Part shown: piece after piece, positions 8,658-16,543 of the stretch | Layout of the letters: each line of letters begins with the position of its first letter | Position numbering within the stretch: the first letter of the stretch is position 1 | Source: Candidatus Limnocylindrales bacterium | GTDB lineage: Bacteria; Chloroflexota; Limnocylindria; Limnocylindrales; CSP1-4 | DNA length: 61,659 nt | NCBI GenBank assembly: GCA_044449785.1 | Contig: JBIOII010000003.1 | Location: 1 to 61,659 of the forward strand | Direction: 5' to 3' | Made by a program: the position numbers and the translations under genes | Notes under the pieces: model-generated | What the model was told of the DNA's origin: nothing | The model's database searches: none | What the model saw: only the letters and a program-made list of their open reading frames with translations

Positions 8658-9262
8658 GCGTTCTCTCCGACCGAGACATCGCCGCCGCGCTGGCGGACGG
8701 ACGGGTCAAGGTCGATCCGTACGACCCGGCGGACCTGCAGCCCTCTTCGATCGACCTCCATCTCGATCGAAGCTTCCGCGTTTTCCGCAACAACCGCTAC
8801 GCCTACATCGACGTCAGATCGCCGCAGCCGGACCTGACGGAGCTGCTCTCGGTCGCCGACGACGAGGCGTTCGTTCTCCACCCGGGCGAGTTCGTGTTGG
8901 GTCAGACCTGCGAATGGGTCGAGCTGCCGAACGACCTGGTGGCCCGGCTGGAGGGCAAGTCGTCGCTCGGAAGGCTCGGTCTGCTGATCCATTCGACTGC
9001 CGGGTACGTCGACCCGGGCTGGAAGGGCAAGCTCACGCTCGAGCTGTCGAACGTCGCCAAGCTGCCGATCGCTCTTTACTTCGGCATGAAGATCGGCCAG
9101 ATCAGCTTCTTCGCCATGTCGAGCCCGGTCGACCGGCCGTACGGCTCGGCCGGCCTCGGGTCCAAGTACCAGGGCCAATCGGAACCCACCGCATCGGCCT
9201 TCTTCGAGGACTTCCGAAACCGCCGCCGCGGCGTCGCCGAACCCGAGACCCCCGCCCGATGA
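8654..9262 (+). CDS. dcd: dCTP deaminase
   Basis: [38 protein letters not shown] motifs. Confidence 0.95.
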   Translation: MSVLSDRDIAAALADGRVKVDPYDPADLQPSSIDLHLDRSFRVFRNNRYAYIDVRSPQPDLTELLSVADDEAFVLHPGEFVLGQTCEWVELPNDLVARLEGKSSLGRLGLLIHSTAGYVDPGWKGKLTLELSNVAKLPIALYFGMKIGQISFFAMSSPVDRPYGSAGLGSKYQGQSEPTASAFFEDFRNRRRGVAEPETPAR

Positions 9263-10122
9263 CTACGCTCAACGAGGCGGTCCACTGGTCGGCCGAGCTC
9301 GGCGGCGGCACTCGCGTCGCGCTGATCCAGGCGGGGCGGTTCCGCTCGGATGCCGGCGCGCTGCTCGGCGTGGTGCCGCGAATAATGTGGAACGGCCTGG
9401 TGGCAGGCGAGATCGATGCCGATCAGCGGCTGCTTCAGGCGCTGAACTGCCTGCTGATCGAGACACCTTCCGGGCGCGTTCTGGTCGAGACCGGAATCGG
9501 CGATCGAATCAACGACAAAGGCCGGGCGATGCGCGCCTACGAGGGGCCGTGGGTCGTGCCGGCGCTCGAGACTGCCGGGTTCGCACCCGACTCGGTCGAC
9601 GTCATCGCGGTCAGCCACCTCCATTACGACCACGCCGGCGGCGTGCTTCGCGCCGACGGATCTCGAGCCTTTCCTCGGGCCCGGTTCATCGCCCAGCTGG
9701 CCGAGTGGGAGATCGCGCTCGGCGAGAACCCACGCCTCGTGGCCAGCTACGACCAGCCGGAGCTGCGCCTCATCAGGGACCTGGGTCTGGAGTCGGCCGC
9801 CGACGGTGAGGTCGAGATCCTGCCGGGCGTCTCGGTGATACCGACGGGCGGGCATTCGGGCGGTCACCAGGGTGTCGTGGTCCGTGGCCGGGACCGCAGC
9901 CTCGGATTCTTCGGCGACCTGTGCATGCGGCCGTGGAGCGCCAATCCAAAGTGGGTCACGGCCTTCGACGACTTCCCGCTGGACTCGGTCTCGGTCAAGG
10001 TCAAGCTGTTCGGTCGCGCCGCGGACGAGGGCTGGACGGTCGTCCTGTCCCACGAGCCGTTCCACCCGGTCGGCCGCATGGTTCGCGACCGCGACCGCTT
10101 CAGGTTCGATCCGATCGTCTGA
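9259..10122 (+). CDS. Metallo-beta-lactamase-fold hydrolase, YtnP-like
   Basis: [10 protein letters not shown] (HxHxDH), [24 protein letters not shown] and SHEP motifs; ATGA overlap with dcd (ORF 8488 is over-extended). Confidence 0.88.
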   Translation: MTTLNEAVHWSAELGGGTRVALIQAGRFRSDAGALLGVVPRIMWNGLVAGEIDADQRLLQALNCLLIETPSGRVLVETGIGDRINDKGRAMRAYEGPWVVPALETAGFAPDSVDVIAVSHLHYDHAGGVLRADGSRAFPRARFIAQLAEWEIALGENPRLVASYDQPELRLIRDLGLESAADGEVEILPGVSVIPTGGHSGGHQGVVVRGRDRSLGFFGDLCMRPWSANPKWVTAFDDFPLDSVSVKVKLFGRAADEGWTVVLSHEPFHPVGRMVRDRDRFRFDPIV

Positions 10123-10164
10123 GCGGCGCCGCGCCGAGCCGCCGACGCGGTAACATCGCGCCGG

Positions 10165-10241
10165 GCCCCCGTAGCTCAGTGGAATAGAGCGCCGCCGTCC
10201 TAAGGCGGGCGTCGTCGGTTCGAGTCCGGCCGGGGGCGCCA
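10165..10241 (+). tRNA. tRNA-Arg(CCU)
   Basis: Acceptor GCCCCCG/CGGGGGC, D-arm GCTC/GAGC with A20, anticodon stem CCGCC/GGCGG with loop GT-CCT-AA, TTCGAGT T-loop, encoded CCA. Confidence 0.95.
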
Positions 10242-10291
10242 CACCTGCGCAGTACGTGCTTCGAGCCGGTGTTGCCCGCGCCGAGCACCTG

Positions 10292-10702
10292 CTACTGAGC
10301 TTTCGCCTGCGCTTCCCGGTGCAGCATCAGCCAGCCGAGCACAAAGGCGAAGACGGCGACGGCGAGGACGATCGCGAGGCGATTCACTGTGTCGGTGACG
10401 CTCGCGGGGTCCGCAAGACCGCCTGCCACCGCAGGCCAGGGGATTCCCAGGAGGCTCGAACAGGTAGTCGCGGAATCGCCGCCCGGTGAGGAAGAGGCGG
10501 AGCAGTAGAAAGGCTCGATCAGCAGCGAGGCGACGCTATACGCGATCGAAGCCGTCATCAGCGGCCAGAACACGAGGGCGCGGCGCCGCAAGGGTCCGAG
10601 TATGAGCATGGTCAAGCCGATGAGGAGGAACGTCCGGCCGATCGTCATGATCCCGGCGATGCCGAACCCAATCAGCGCAAAGCTCGCGATCCAGTAGCCC
10701 AT
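10292..10702 (-). CDS. Small hypothetical membrane protein (~3-4 TM)
   Basis: ATG 10702 with GGGAGGAG SD; hydrophobic helices; Cys pair in the loop (FYC...TTC). Confidence 0.65.
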   Translation of the reverse strand: MGYWIASFALIGFGIAGIMTIGRTFLLIGLTMLILGPLRRRALVFWPLMTASIAYSVASLLIEPFYCSASSSPGGDSATTCSSLLGIPWPAVAGGLADPASVTDTVNRLAIVLAVAVFAFVLGWLMLHREAQAKAQ

Positions 10703-10862
10703 CTGCGCTCCTCCCACGACGATTCTGACCTCCCGGCGATCCCTGGTCAAAGGATCCGTCGCCTCCGCAATCGAATAAAGCCCCGCCTCGGTTCACCGAC
10801 GCGGGCGATCTCCGGCCGTCGAAGGTAGGCTGTCCGCAAACGCCAGCCCACGGAGGCAGCTC

Positions 10863-11528
10863 GTGCGCTTTCGAAATACAGCCATCACGGTCGTCATCTT
10901 CGGGGTGGCGATGGCCTACCTCGAGTCGGCCGTCGTGGTCTATCTGCAACGTGCTCTCAGTATCAGCCCGGACGCACTCTTCCCGCTCCAGGGCACTGAG
11001 ATTGCAGGAAATCTCGCCGCGATCGAGGTCGGCCGCGAGTTCGCGACACTCGTAATGCTCGTCGCCATCGGCAGCCTGGTCGGTCGCCGGTGGGTGGATC
11101 GACTGGCCTGGACGGCCGTTGCATTCGGCGTGTGGGACGTCTTCTACTACGTCTGGCTGTGGGTCTTCATCAGTTGGCCGCATTCACCAAGCACGTGGGA
11201 TGTGCTGTTCCTGCTGCCCGTGCCGTGGGCCGGACCGGTCTGGGCGCCGGTCGCGGTGAGCCTCGCCCTGGTCGGTTTCGGCCTTGCCGCCGCACGCCGG
11301 GCCGGCGACGGAGACGTGCCGCGGGTGGGGCTGGTTCGCGGGATGGCGGCGCTAGCCGGCGGCATGCTCGTAGTCCTCAGCTTCGCCGCGAACGGACCGG
11401 CTCTGCTTGCCGGCAGGATGCCGGGCGAATTCCCGTGGCCGGTCTTCGTCGGCGGTATGGCCGTCGCCGGTTGGGCGGCCGTCGCGTCGCTGGGCGCCGG
11501 CACCGCGAAGACGTCCGAGGCCGGCTGA
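10863..11528 (+). CDS. Conserved hypothetical integral membrane protein
   Basis: AMAYLESAVVVYL, EVGREFATLVML, FGVWDVFYYVWL, WDVLFLLPVPWAGPVWAP; no named family recalled. Confidence 0.75.
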   Translation: MRFRNTAITVVIFGVAMAYLESAVVVYLQRALSISPDALFPLQGTEIAGNLAAIEVGREFATLVMLVAIGSLVGRRWVDRLAWTAVAFGVWDVFYYVWLWVFISWPHSPSTWDVLFLLPVPWAGPVWAPVAVSLALVGFGLAAARRAGDGDVPRVGLVRGMAALAGGMLVVLSFAANGPALLAGRMPGEFPWPVFVGGMAVAGWAAVASLGAGTAKTSEAG

Positions 11529-11788
11529 CGGTCCGGAATCGACAAATGCCCTCACGGGCGGGAGTGCCCGCGACCGATCCCTTCCGGGGAGCGAACGCGA
11601 CCGCGCCAGGAGGGTGGGGGACTGATCCTCGCCTGACCGTCCCTAAGGTGCTCTGGGCCGATGCGCCCGTCCGGCGGGTCGCGGTATCTTTCCCGACGCA
11701 ATCCGAGCGCTCGTCACCCGATCGCCCGGTATAGCGTCATTCGCCCGCGGCGCGATGGCGTATCAGCGACCCGCAGGAATGGCGGCAC

Positions 11789-12655
11789 ATGACTCGACGG
11801 CAGCGACTACCGGCACGACCCAACCCAAGGGTCCTGGTCTATGCCGCGTTGTGCGCAATCATGGTTGCCGTTGGTTGGACCTCGGTCATCATCGTCGCAC
11901 CGGCCGCGCACGCGGTCTCCACGACGCCTTCGGCACCGGCGGCCGATCCTTCAGTCCAGGCCACCGCTGCCGTCCCGACCCCCAGTCCAACTGCGTCGCC
12001 CTCGCCAACGCCATCGCCCGTCGTCACGCCGGTGCCAAGCCCGACTCGGACCGCCTTCGAGATCGACCTGTACCGCCCGGGCACATTCGTCTCGCAGATG
12101 AACCGTGATTACTGCATGGCCGGCGCGATCCAGAACATGCTCAACATCATGGGTCCCGCCATCGATCTCTCGACCGGATGGCAGCAGCTGATAGGCAGCA
12201 CGCTCGTTTCGCTGACGACCAGACAGGACAGCTACAACGGTGGCTTCGGTCCCGGCGGTTGGGCCCTCACCATGGCGTGGTTCGGCGCGGGGAAGTACAA
12301 GCTCGTGGTGGATGCCACGTTCGACCAGGCGATGAAAGACGCGGCTCTGGCGCTGAGCGAGACGCAGCGCCCGGTCGGTCTGCTGACGTGGTGGGGCGCC
12401 CATTCCTGGGTCATGACCGGGTTCAAGGCCGACTCGGACCCGCTGCTCTTCCCGGATAGCTTCAAACTGACCGGCGCCTACATCGTGGACCCGTTCTATC
12501 CACGTATCAGCAACATCTGGGGCCAGACGCTCCCACCGGACACGTTCCGTGACATGGCCGCGATGGCCCACAACTACATCGGCTGGAAGCGTCCGGAGGG
12601 CCACTACCCAGATCGCGACGGGAAGTGGCTGCTCGTCATTCCCGTCGACGACTGA
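11789..12655 (+). CDS. Membrane-anchored/secreted protein with Pro/Thr linker and papain-like (C39-like) domain
   Basis: N-terminal TM; PTPSPT linker; Q-x4-YC (QMNRDYC), HSWVMTGF and IVDP as candidate Cys-His-Asp triad. Confidence 0.65.
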   Translation: MTRRQRLPARPNPRVLVYAALCAIMVAVGWTSVIIVAPAAHAVSTTPSAPAADPSVQATAAVPTPSPTASPSPTPSPVVTPVPSPTRTAFEIDLYRPGTFVSQMNRDYCMAGAIQNMLNIMGPAIDLSTGWQQLIGSTLVSLTTRQDSYNGGFGPGGWALTMAWFGAGKYKLVVDATFDQAMKDAALALSETQRPVGLLTWWGAHSWVMTGFKADSDPLLFPDSFKLTGAYIVDPFYPRISNIWGQTLPPDTFRDMAAMAHNYIGWKRPEGHYPDRDGKWLLVIPVDD

Positions 12656-12724
12656 GGCTGAGGCGCGGCGGGGTCGGCGAGGGCCGGCGGGCGGCCCGGG
12701 AGTGGCCCAGGAGTTGCCGGCGGC

Positions 12725-13189
12725 TTACTCGTGGCAGCCCTGGCAGCGGCCCGAGATCGTGACGTGCGACAGGTCGACGGTGAAACCAAGGTCCTCGGAC
12801 AGCGTCGCGACGATGACCGCCCCGACTTCGGGACGTATCTCCCAGGCCTTGCCGCAGGCCACGCAATAAAGGTGGCCGTGGACCTGGGCCGGCAGGACGT
12901 GGTACTCCTCGCGGCCGTCCGGACCGTGGCCGTGCTTGACGAGCCCGAAATCCTCGAGCACGTCCAGCGTGCGATAGACCGTGGACGGAGTCGTCGTGGA
13001 GTCGCGCTGCCTGCAGCGAGCGATGAGCTCGCTCGCGGTCACGTGGCCGTCTTGCTCTCGCAGGACCTCGACCAACGTCCGCCGCTGCGGGGTCCAGCGC
13101 AGGCCGCTCGCCCGCAACCGGCCCGCGATCCCGTCCCAGGGGCTCGTCTCCGGCGTCCCCGGAACACCGCTCGAAGCTGTCTGTGGCAC
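12725..13189 (-). CDS. Fur-family metalloregulator, Nur-like
   Basis: LRWTPQR, GHVT, STVYRTL, KHGH, HGHLYCVACG, SHVT, CQGC; GTG 13189 with GAAGGA SD (ORF start 13363 over-extended). Confidence 0.9.
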   Translation of the reverse strand: MPQTASSGVPGTPETSPWDGIAGRLRASGLRWTPQRRTLVEVLREQDGHVTASELIARCRQRDSTTTPSTVYRTLDVLEDFGLVKHGHGPDGREEYHVLPAQVHGHLYCVACGKAWEIRPEVGAVIVATLSEDLGFTVDLSHVTISGRCQGCHE

Positions 13190-13213
13190 CTGACGGTCCT
13201 TCTCTATATCCGA

Positions 13214-13242
13214 TTGGGCGAATTGGACCAGAGGCGTAGACT
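13214..13242 (+). promoter_or_regulatory. Putative promoter of the nikMN-Q-O operon
   Basis: TTGGGC (13214-13219)-N17-TAGACT (13237-13242). Confidence 0.45.
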
Positions 13243-13248
13243 CAAGGC

Positions 13249-13276
13249 TAGCGCAACGCGTTGCAATAGCGCAACG
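13249..13276. promoter_or_regulatory. Candidate Fur/Nur-family operator
   Basis: Perfect palindrome GCAACGCGTTGC (13253-13264) within direct repeat TAGCGCAACG (13249-13258, 13267-13276). Confidence 0.65.
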
Positions 13277-13305
13277 TATCGTCTGGCGGCACAGGAGGAG
13301 TTGGG

Positions 13306-14589
13306 TTGCACATCCCCGATGGCTACCTCGCCCCCGCCGTCTCGCTTGCGCTTGCGATCCCAACCGTCCCGGTTTGGGCGGTGGCGACCCAGAAGGTCAA
13401 GAGCGTCCTGAACAACCGCACCGTGCCGCTCCTGGCGATCTTCTCGGCGCTCAGCTTCACGGTGATGATGTTCAACGTCCCGGTTCCCGGCGGCACAACC
13501 GCCCACGGGGTAGGGGGGACGCTGATCGCGGTCGTGCTCGGTCCGTGGGCGGCCGCCATCGCTGTCAGTACCGCGCTGATCCTGCAGGCCCTGTTCTTTG
13601 GCGACGGCGGAGTACTGGCGATCTTCGCCAACTGTCTGAACATGGGCATCCTGCTGCCCTTCATCGGTTACGGCACGTATCGATTGCTGGCAGCCGGATC
13701 ACCGGCCCTGTCGACCCGCAGGGCCGTAGCCGCGGGCGTCGGTGCCTACGTCGGGATCACCGTAGCGGCTCTTGCAGTCGGGATCGAGCTCGGCATCGAG
13801 CCGGTCCTCTTCTCGCAGAACGGCCACGCCCTGTATAGCCCGTACGGCTTGTCCGAGGCGATCCCCGCTATGGTGGCCGCGCACGCTTTCGGCGCCTCGA
13901 TCGTGGAGGCGTTGATCACCGGCCTCGGCGTCACCTATCTCCAGCGGCGCCATCCCGAATACCTGACCAGCCTCAGCCGCATCTTCGCCCCCGACGCCCC
14001 GGTCGAGGGCACGGCCCCGCGGCGATCGATCTGGCGCCCGGTCGCGGTCGCGGTGGCCGGCGGTGCGGCCGCTCTCGCGGTCGTCGGGCTTGTGGCCGGC
14101 GGCGGGGACCCCGGTCGCCTCTTCAACGTGGATTGGGCGCGTGTGGACTGGCCCTCGGTCGGGGCGATGCTGCTCGTAACGGCCGTGGTTGGAATCGTCC
14201 TCGTCCCGACCGCCTACTTGCTCCTTCCTCGCGCCGCCAAACGCGTTGGCGCCGGGTTCGTGGCGATGGCCGTTGTGGCGCCGCTCGGGCTTATCGCGCC
14301 CGGGTTTGCCTACGGCGAAGGGAAGGCGACCGATGTCAAGGAGGCATTCGGCTACGTGCCCGCCGGGCTGCAGAGTCTGTCCGGCGTGTTCAGCGCCCCA
14401 CTCGCCGGGTACGACCTGCCGCTGCCGTTCTTCTCCGCGGCGAAGGCTCCGCTATGGCACGCGGCAATCGGCTACGAGATCTCCGGCATCGTCGGAATAC
14501 TGCTGGTCGGCGGCGCCGTCTACGCGATCGCCCGCTCGCTGCGTGGCGCCGGCTCGGCCGAGGCGCGGGCCGAGGGAGCGCGGTCGTGA
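13306..14589 (+). CDS. cbiM: ECF Ni/Co transporter S component, NikMN/CbiMN-type fusion
   Basis: N-terminal MHIPDG metal-binding motif, FNVPVPGGTTAH, QALFFGDGG; C-terminal NikN-like region (PLGLIAP..YGE...GYVPAGL...APLAGY); TTG start with GGAGGAG SD. Confidence 0.92.
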   Translation: MHIPDGYLAPAVSLALAIPTVPVWAVATQKVKSVLNNRTVPLLAIFSALSFTVMMFNVPVPGGTTAHGVGGTLIAVVLGPWAAAIAVSTALILQALFFGDGGVLAIFANCLNMGILLPFIGYGTYRLLAAGSPALSTRRAVAAGVGAYVGITVAALAVGIELGIEPVLFSQNGHALYSPYGLSEAIPAMVAAHAFGASIVEALITGLGVTYLQRRHPEYLTSLSRIFAPDAPVEGTAPRRSIWRPVAVAVAGGAAALAVVGLVAGGGDPGRLFNVDWARVDWPSVGAMLLVTAVVGIVLVPTAYLLLPRAAKRVGAGFVAMAVVAPLGLIAPGFAYGEGKATDVKEAFGYVPAGLQSLSGVFSAPLAGYDLPLPFFSAAKAPLWHAAIGYEISGIVGILLVGGAVYAIARSLRGAGSAEARAEGARS

Positions 14590-15458
14590 CCACGGCGACC
14601 CCGTCGGTCGGACGGGCCGCCCGCGACGGCCGGATCGGCTGGCTCGAAAAGACCGTCGGCGGAATAACCGCCAACGTCGAGCACGCGATCTTCACGGAGC
14701 GGCATGCGCGATCCGCCGGCTGGCTCCAGCGGCGCGATCCGCGGGCCAAGATGGTCGGCACGCTCATCGCCATCCTGGCCGCGAGCCTTACGAGCTCGCT
14801 GGTCGGCCTTGGGCTCTTGTACGGAGCCACGCTTGCGGCGGCTCGCGCCAGCCGGGTCCCGTTCGGTTTCTTCGTAAAGCGTGTCTGGCTCGGCATTCCG
14901 TTCTTCGCCGGGATCGTCGTGGTGCCCGCGATCTTCTTCGTTCCCGGCGCACGGGTCTTCGATCTGGCGGTCGGGCCCGCGCATCTGGCGCCTTCCTGGA
15001 ACGGTCTGGCGGGAGCGGCGCTGTTCGTCAGCCGAGTCGGCGTCTCCGTCTCGCTGGCCGTCCTGCTGGTCGTAACGACGCCGTGGGCCGACGTCCTCAA
15101 GAGCCTGCGTGCGCTCAAGGTGCCACAGGTTTTCGTGCTCGTCCTGTCGATGACTTATCGATACATCTTCCTTTTCCTTCACACGGCCAACGGCATCCTG
15201 CTGGCGCGGAAGAGCCGCGTGGTGGGTCGCACGACCGGCGCCGAGCAGCGTCGGTGGATCACCGGCACCATGGGCAACCTCATGAGCCGAGCCTTCAAGA
15301 TGAGCAACGACGTGTACGCGGCCATGCTTGCCCGTGGCTTCGGCGGCGAGGTGCGGAGCTACTCGACGTATCGCTTGCGCGTCTCGGACCTGGCCGCGCT
15401 GGCAGGCGTTCTCGGGCTGGCAGTGGCCGTCGTCCTCGCCGGGCGGGCCCTGCCATGA
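14586..15458 (+). CDS. cbiQ: ECF Ni/Co transporter T component (CbiQ/NikQ)
   Basis: LQRRDPRAK, MTYRYIFL, ARKSR, AMLARGFGG motifs; GTGA overlap at 14586. Confidence 0.92.
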   Translation: MTTATPSVGRAARDGRIGWLEKTVGGITANVEHAIFTERHARSAGWLQRRDPRAKMVGTLIAILAASLTSSLVGLGLLYGATLAAARASRVPFGFFVKRVWLGIPFFAGIVVVPAIFFVPGARVFDLAVGPAHLAPSWNGLAGAALFVSRVGVSVSLAVLLVVTTPWADVLKSLRALKVPQVFVLVLSMTYRYIFLFLHTANGILLARKSRVVGRTTGAEQRRWITGTMGNLMSRAFKMSNDVYAAMLARGFGGEVRSYSTYRLRVSDLAALAGVLGLAVAVVLAGRALP

Positions 15459-16381
15459 GCGAGACGGCCCTCGAGCAAGCGGTCGCGGCGGCGCCAGTCG
15501 GTCCGGGCGAGCCGCTGTTCGAGTTCCACGACGTGGGCTACAGCTACGCCGGACGCCAGGTGGCGCTCGAGAGCGTCAGCCTCCGGATCTGGCGGGGCGA
15601 GCGAGTGGCCCTGCTCGGAGCCAACGGCAGCGGCAAGTCCACTCTCCTCAAGCTCCTCGACGGCGTCGTCGGACCGACGCAGGGCAGCATTCGGGCACTC
15701 GGTCGTGACGTCGCGGCGGTGGCGGCCGGTGAAGACGGGTTCCGTTTCCACCGCGAGGTCGGGCTCGTATTCCAGGATCCCGACATACAGCTCTTCAGCG
15801 CCACGGTGCTCGACGACGTCGCCTTCGGACCGCTCCAGCTCGGCCTCACCGGGGAGGAAGTGCGGGCGCGATGCGACGAGGCGATGGCCGAGATGGCGAT
15901 CGCGCACCTGGCGGACCGCGCCCCCTTCGAGCTGTCGGGTGGCGAGAAGAAGAGGGCGGCCATCGCTTCGGTTCTCTCGCTCAGGCCCGAAGTTGTGCTG
16001 CTGGACGAACCGACGGCATCTCTGGACCCGCGAACGAAATGGGTTCTGGTCGACTTGATCCAGCGGCTGGGAAACGCGGGCAGGACGCTGGTGGTGGCCA
16101 CGCACGAGCTGGACATCGTGCCTCTTATCGCCGACCGCGTCGTCGTCCTGAGCGAGCAGGGGCAGATCGTCGCCGACGGCGCCCCGGCCGCGATCCTGGC
16201 CGATCGCGAGCTCCTGATACGGGTGAACCTGATCCACGAGCACCTTCACGAGCACGGTTCGGTAGCTCACTCGCATCCCCACGACGACTCCGAGCGCCAC
16301 CACGGCGAGCGCGTCGAGCCCCACGAAGCCGCGCTGCCGGAGAGGGCGGGCGTCCCGGTGGAAGGCGACCGCCGAGACTAA
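15455..16381 (+). CDS. cbiO: ECF Ni/Co transporter ATPase (CbiO/NikO) with His-rich tail
   Basis: GANGSGKST, FQDPD, LSGGEKK, LLDEPT, ATH motifs; tail HEHLHEHGSVAHSHPH; ATGA overlap at 15455. Confidence 0.93.
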   Translation: MSETALEQAVAAAPVGPGEPLFEFHDVGYSYAGRQVALESVSLRIWRGERVALLGANGSGKSTLLKLLDGVVGPTQGSIRALGRDVAAVAAGEDGFRFHREVGLVFQDPDIQLFSATVLDDVAFGPLQLGLTGEEVRARCDEAMAEMAIAHLADRAPFELSGGEKKRAAIASVLSLRPEVVLLDEPTASLDPRTKWVLVDLIQRLGNAGRTLVVATHELDIVPLIADRVVVLSEQGQIVADGAPAAILADRELLIRVNLIHEHLHEHGSVAHSHPHDDSERHHGERVEPHEAALPERAGVPVEGDRRD

Positions 16382-16480
16382 GGCGAAATCTTGGATCGGG
16401 CGCGCTGGAGCGGATCTGCGCCGCGCGGTCGTGAACGCGACGCCGCCTCCGGCCTGACGGCGACCCGGGCGGGAGGCTCC

Positions 16481-16486
16481 TATACT
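16481..16486 (+). promoter_or_regulatory. -10 element (leaderless geometry)
   Basis: TATACT followed by 6 nt, then ATG 16493. Confidence 0.55.
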
Positions 16487-16492
16487 CCCGCC

Positions 16493-16543
16493 ATGCCAGA
16501 GTCGAGCTATTCGGCCGCCGCTCCAGCCGGACCGATCCGATGA
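16493..16543 (+). CDS. Putative 16-aa leaderless uORF (MPESSYSAAAPAGPIR)
   Basis: ATG at predicted +1; its TGA (16541-16543) overlaps the ATG (16540) of the next gene. Confidence 0.35.
   Translation: MPESSYSAAAPAGPIR

Noticed and set aside
8488-9258. Apparent 544-aa fusion upstream of the MBL hydrolase
   Set aside because: Out-of-frame overlap with nrdR/dcd; real start is ATG 9259
13190-13305. Cobalamin or NiCo riboswitch upstream of cbiM
   Set aside because: Spacer is only 116 bp and lacks the B12-box or NiCo junction motifs
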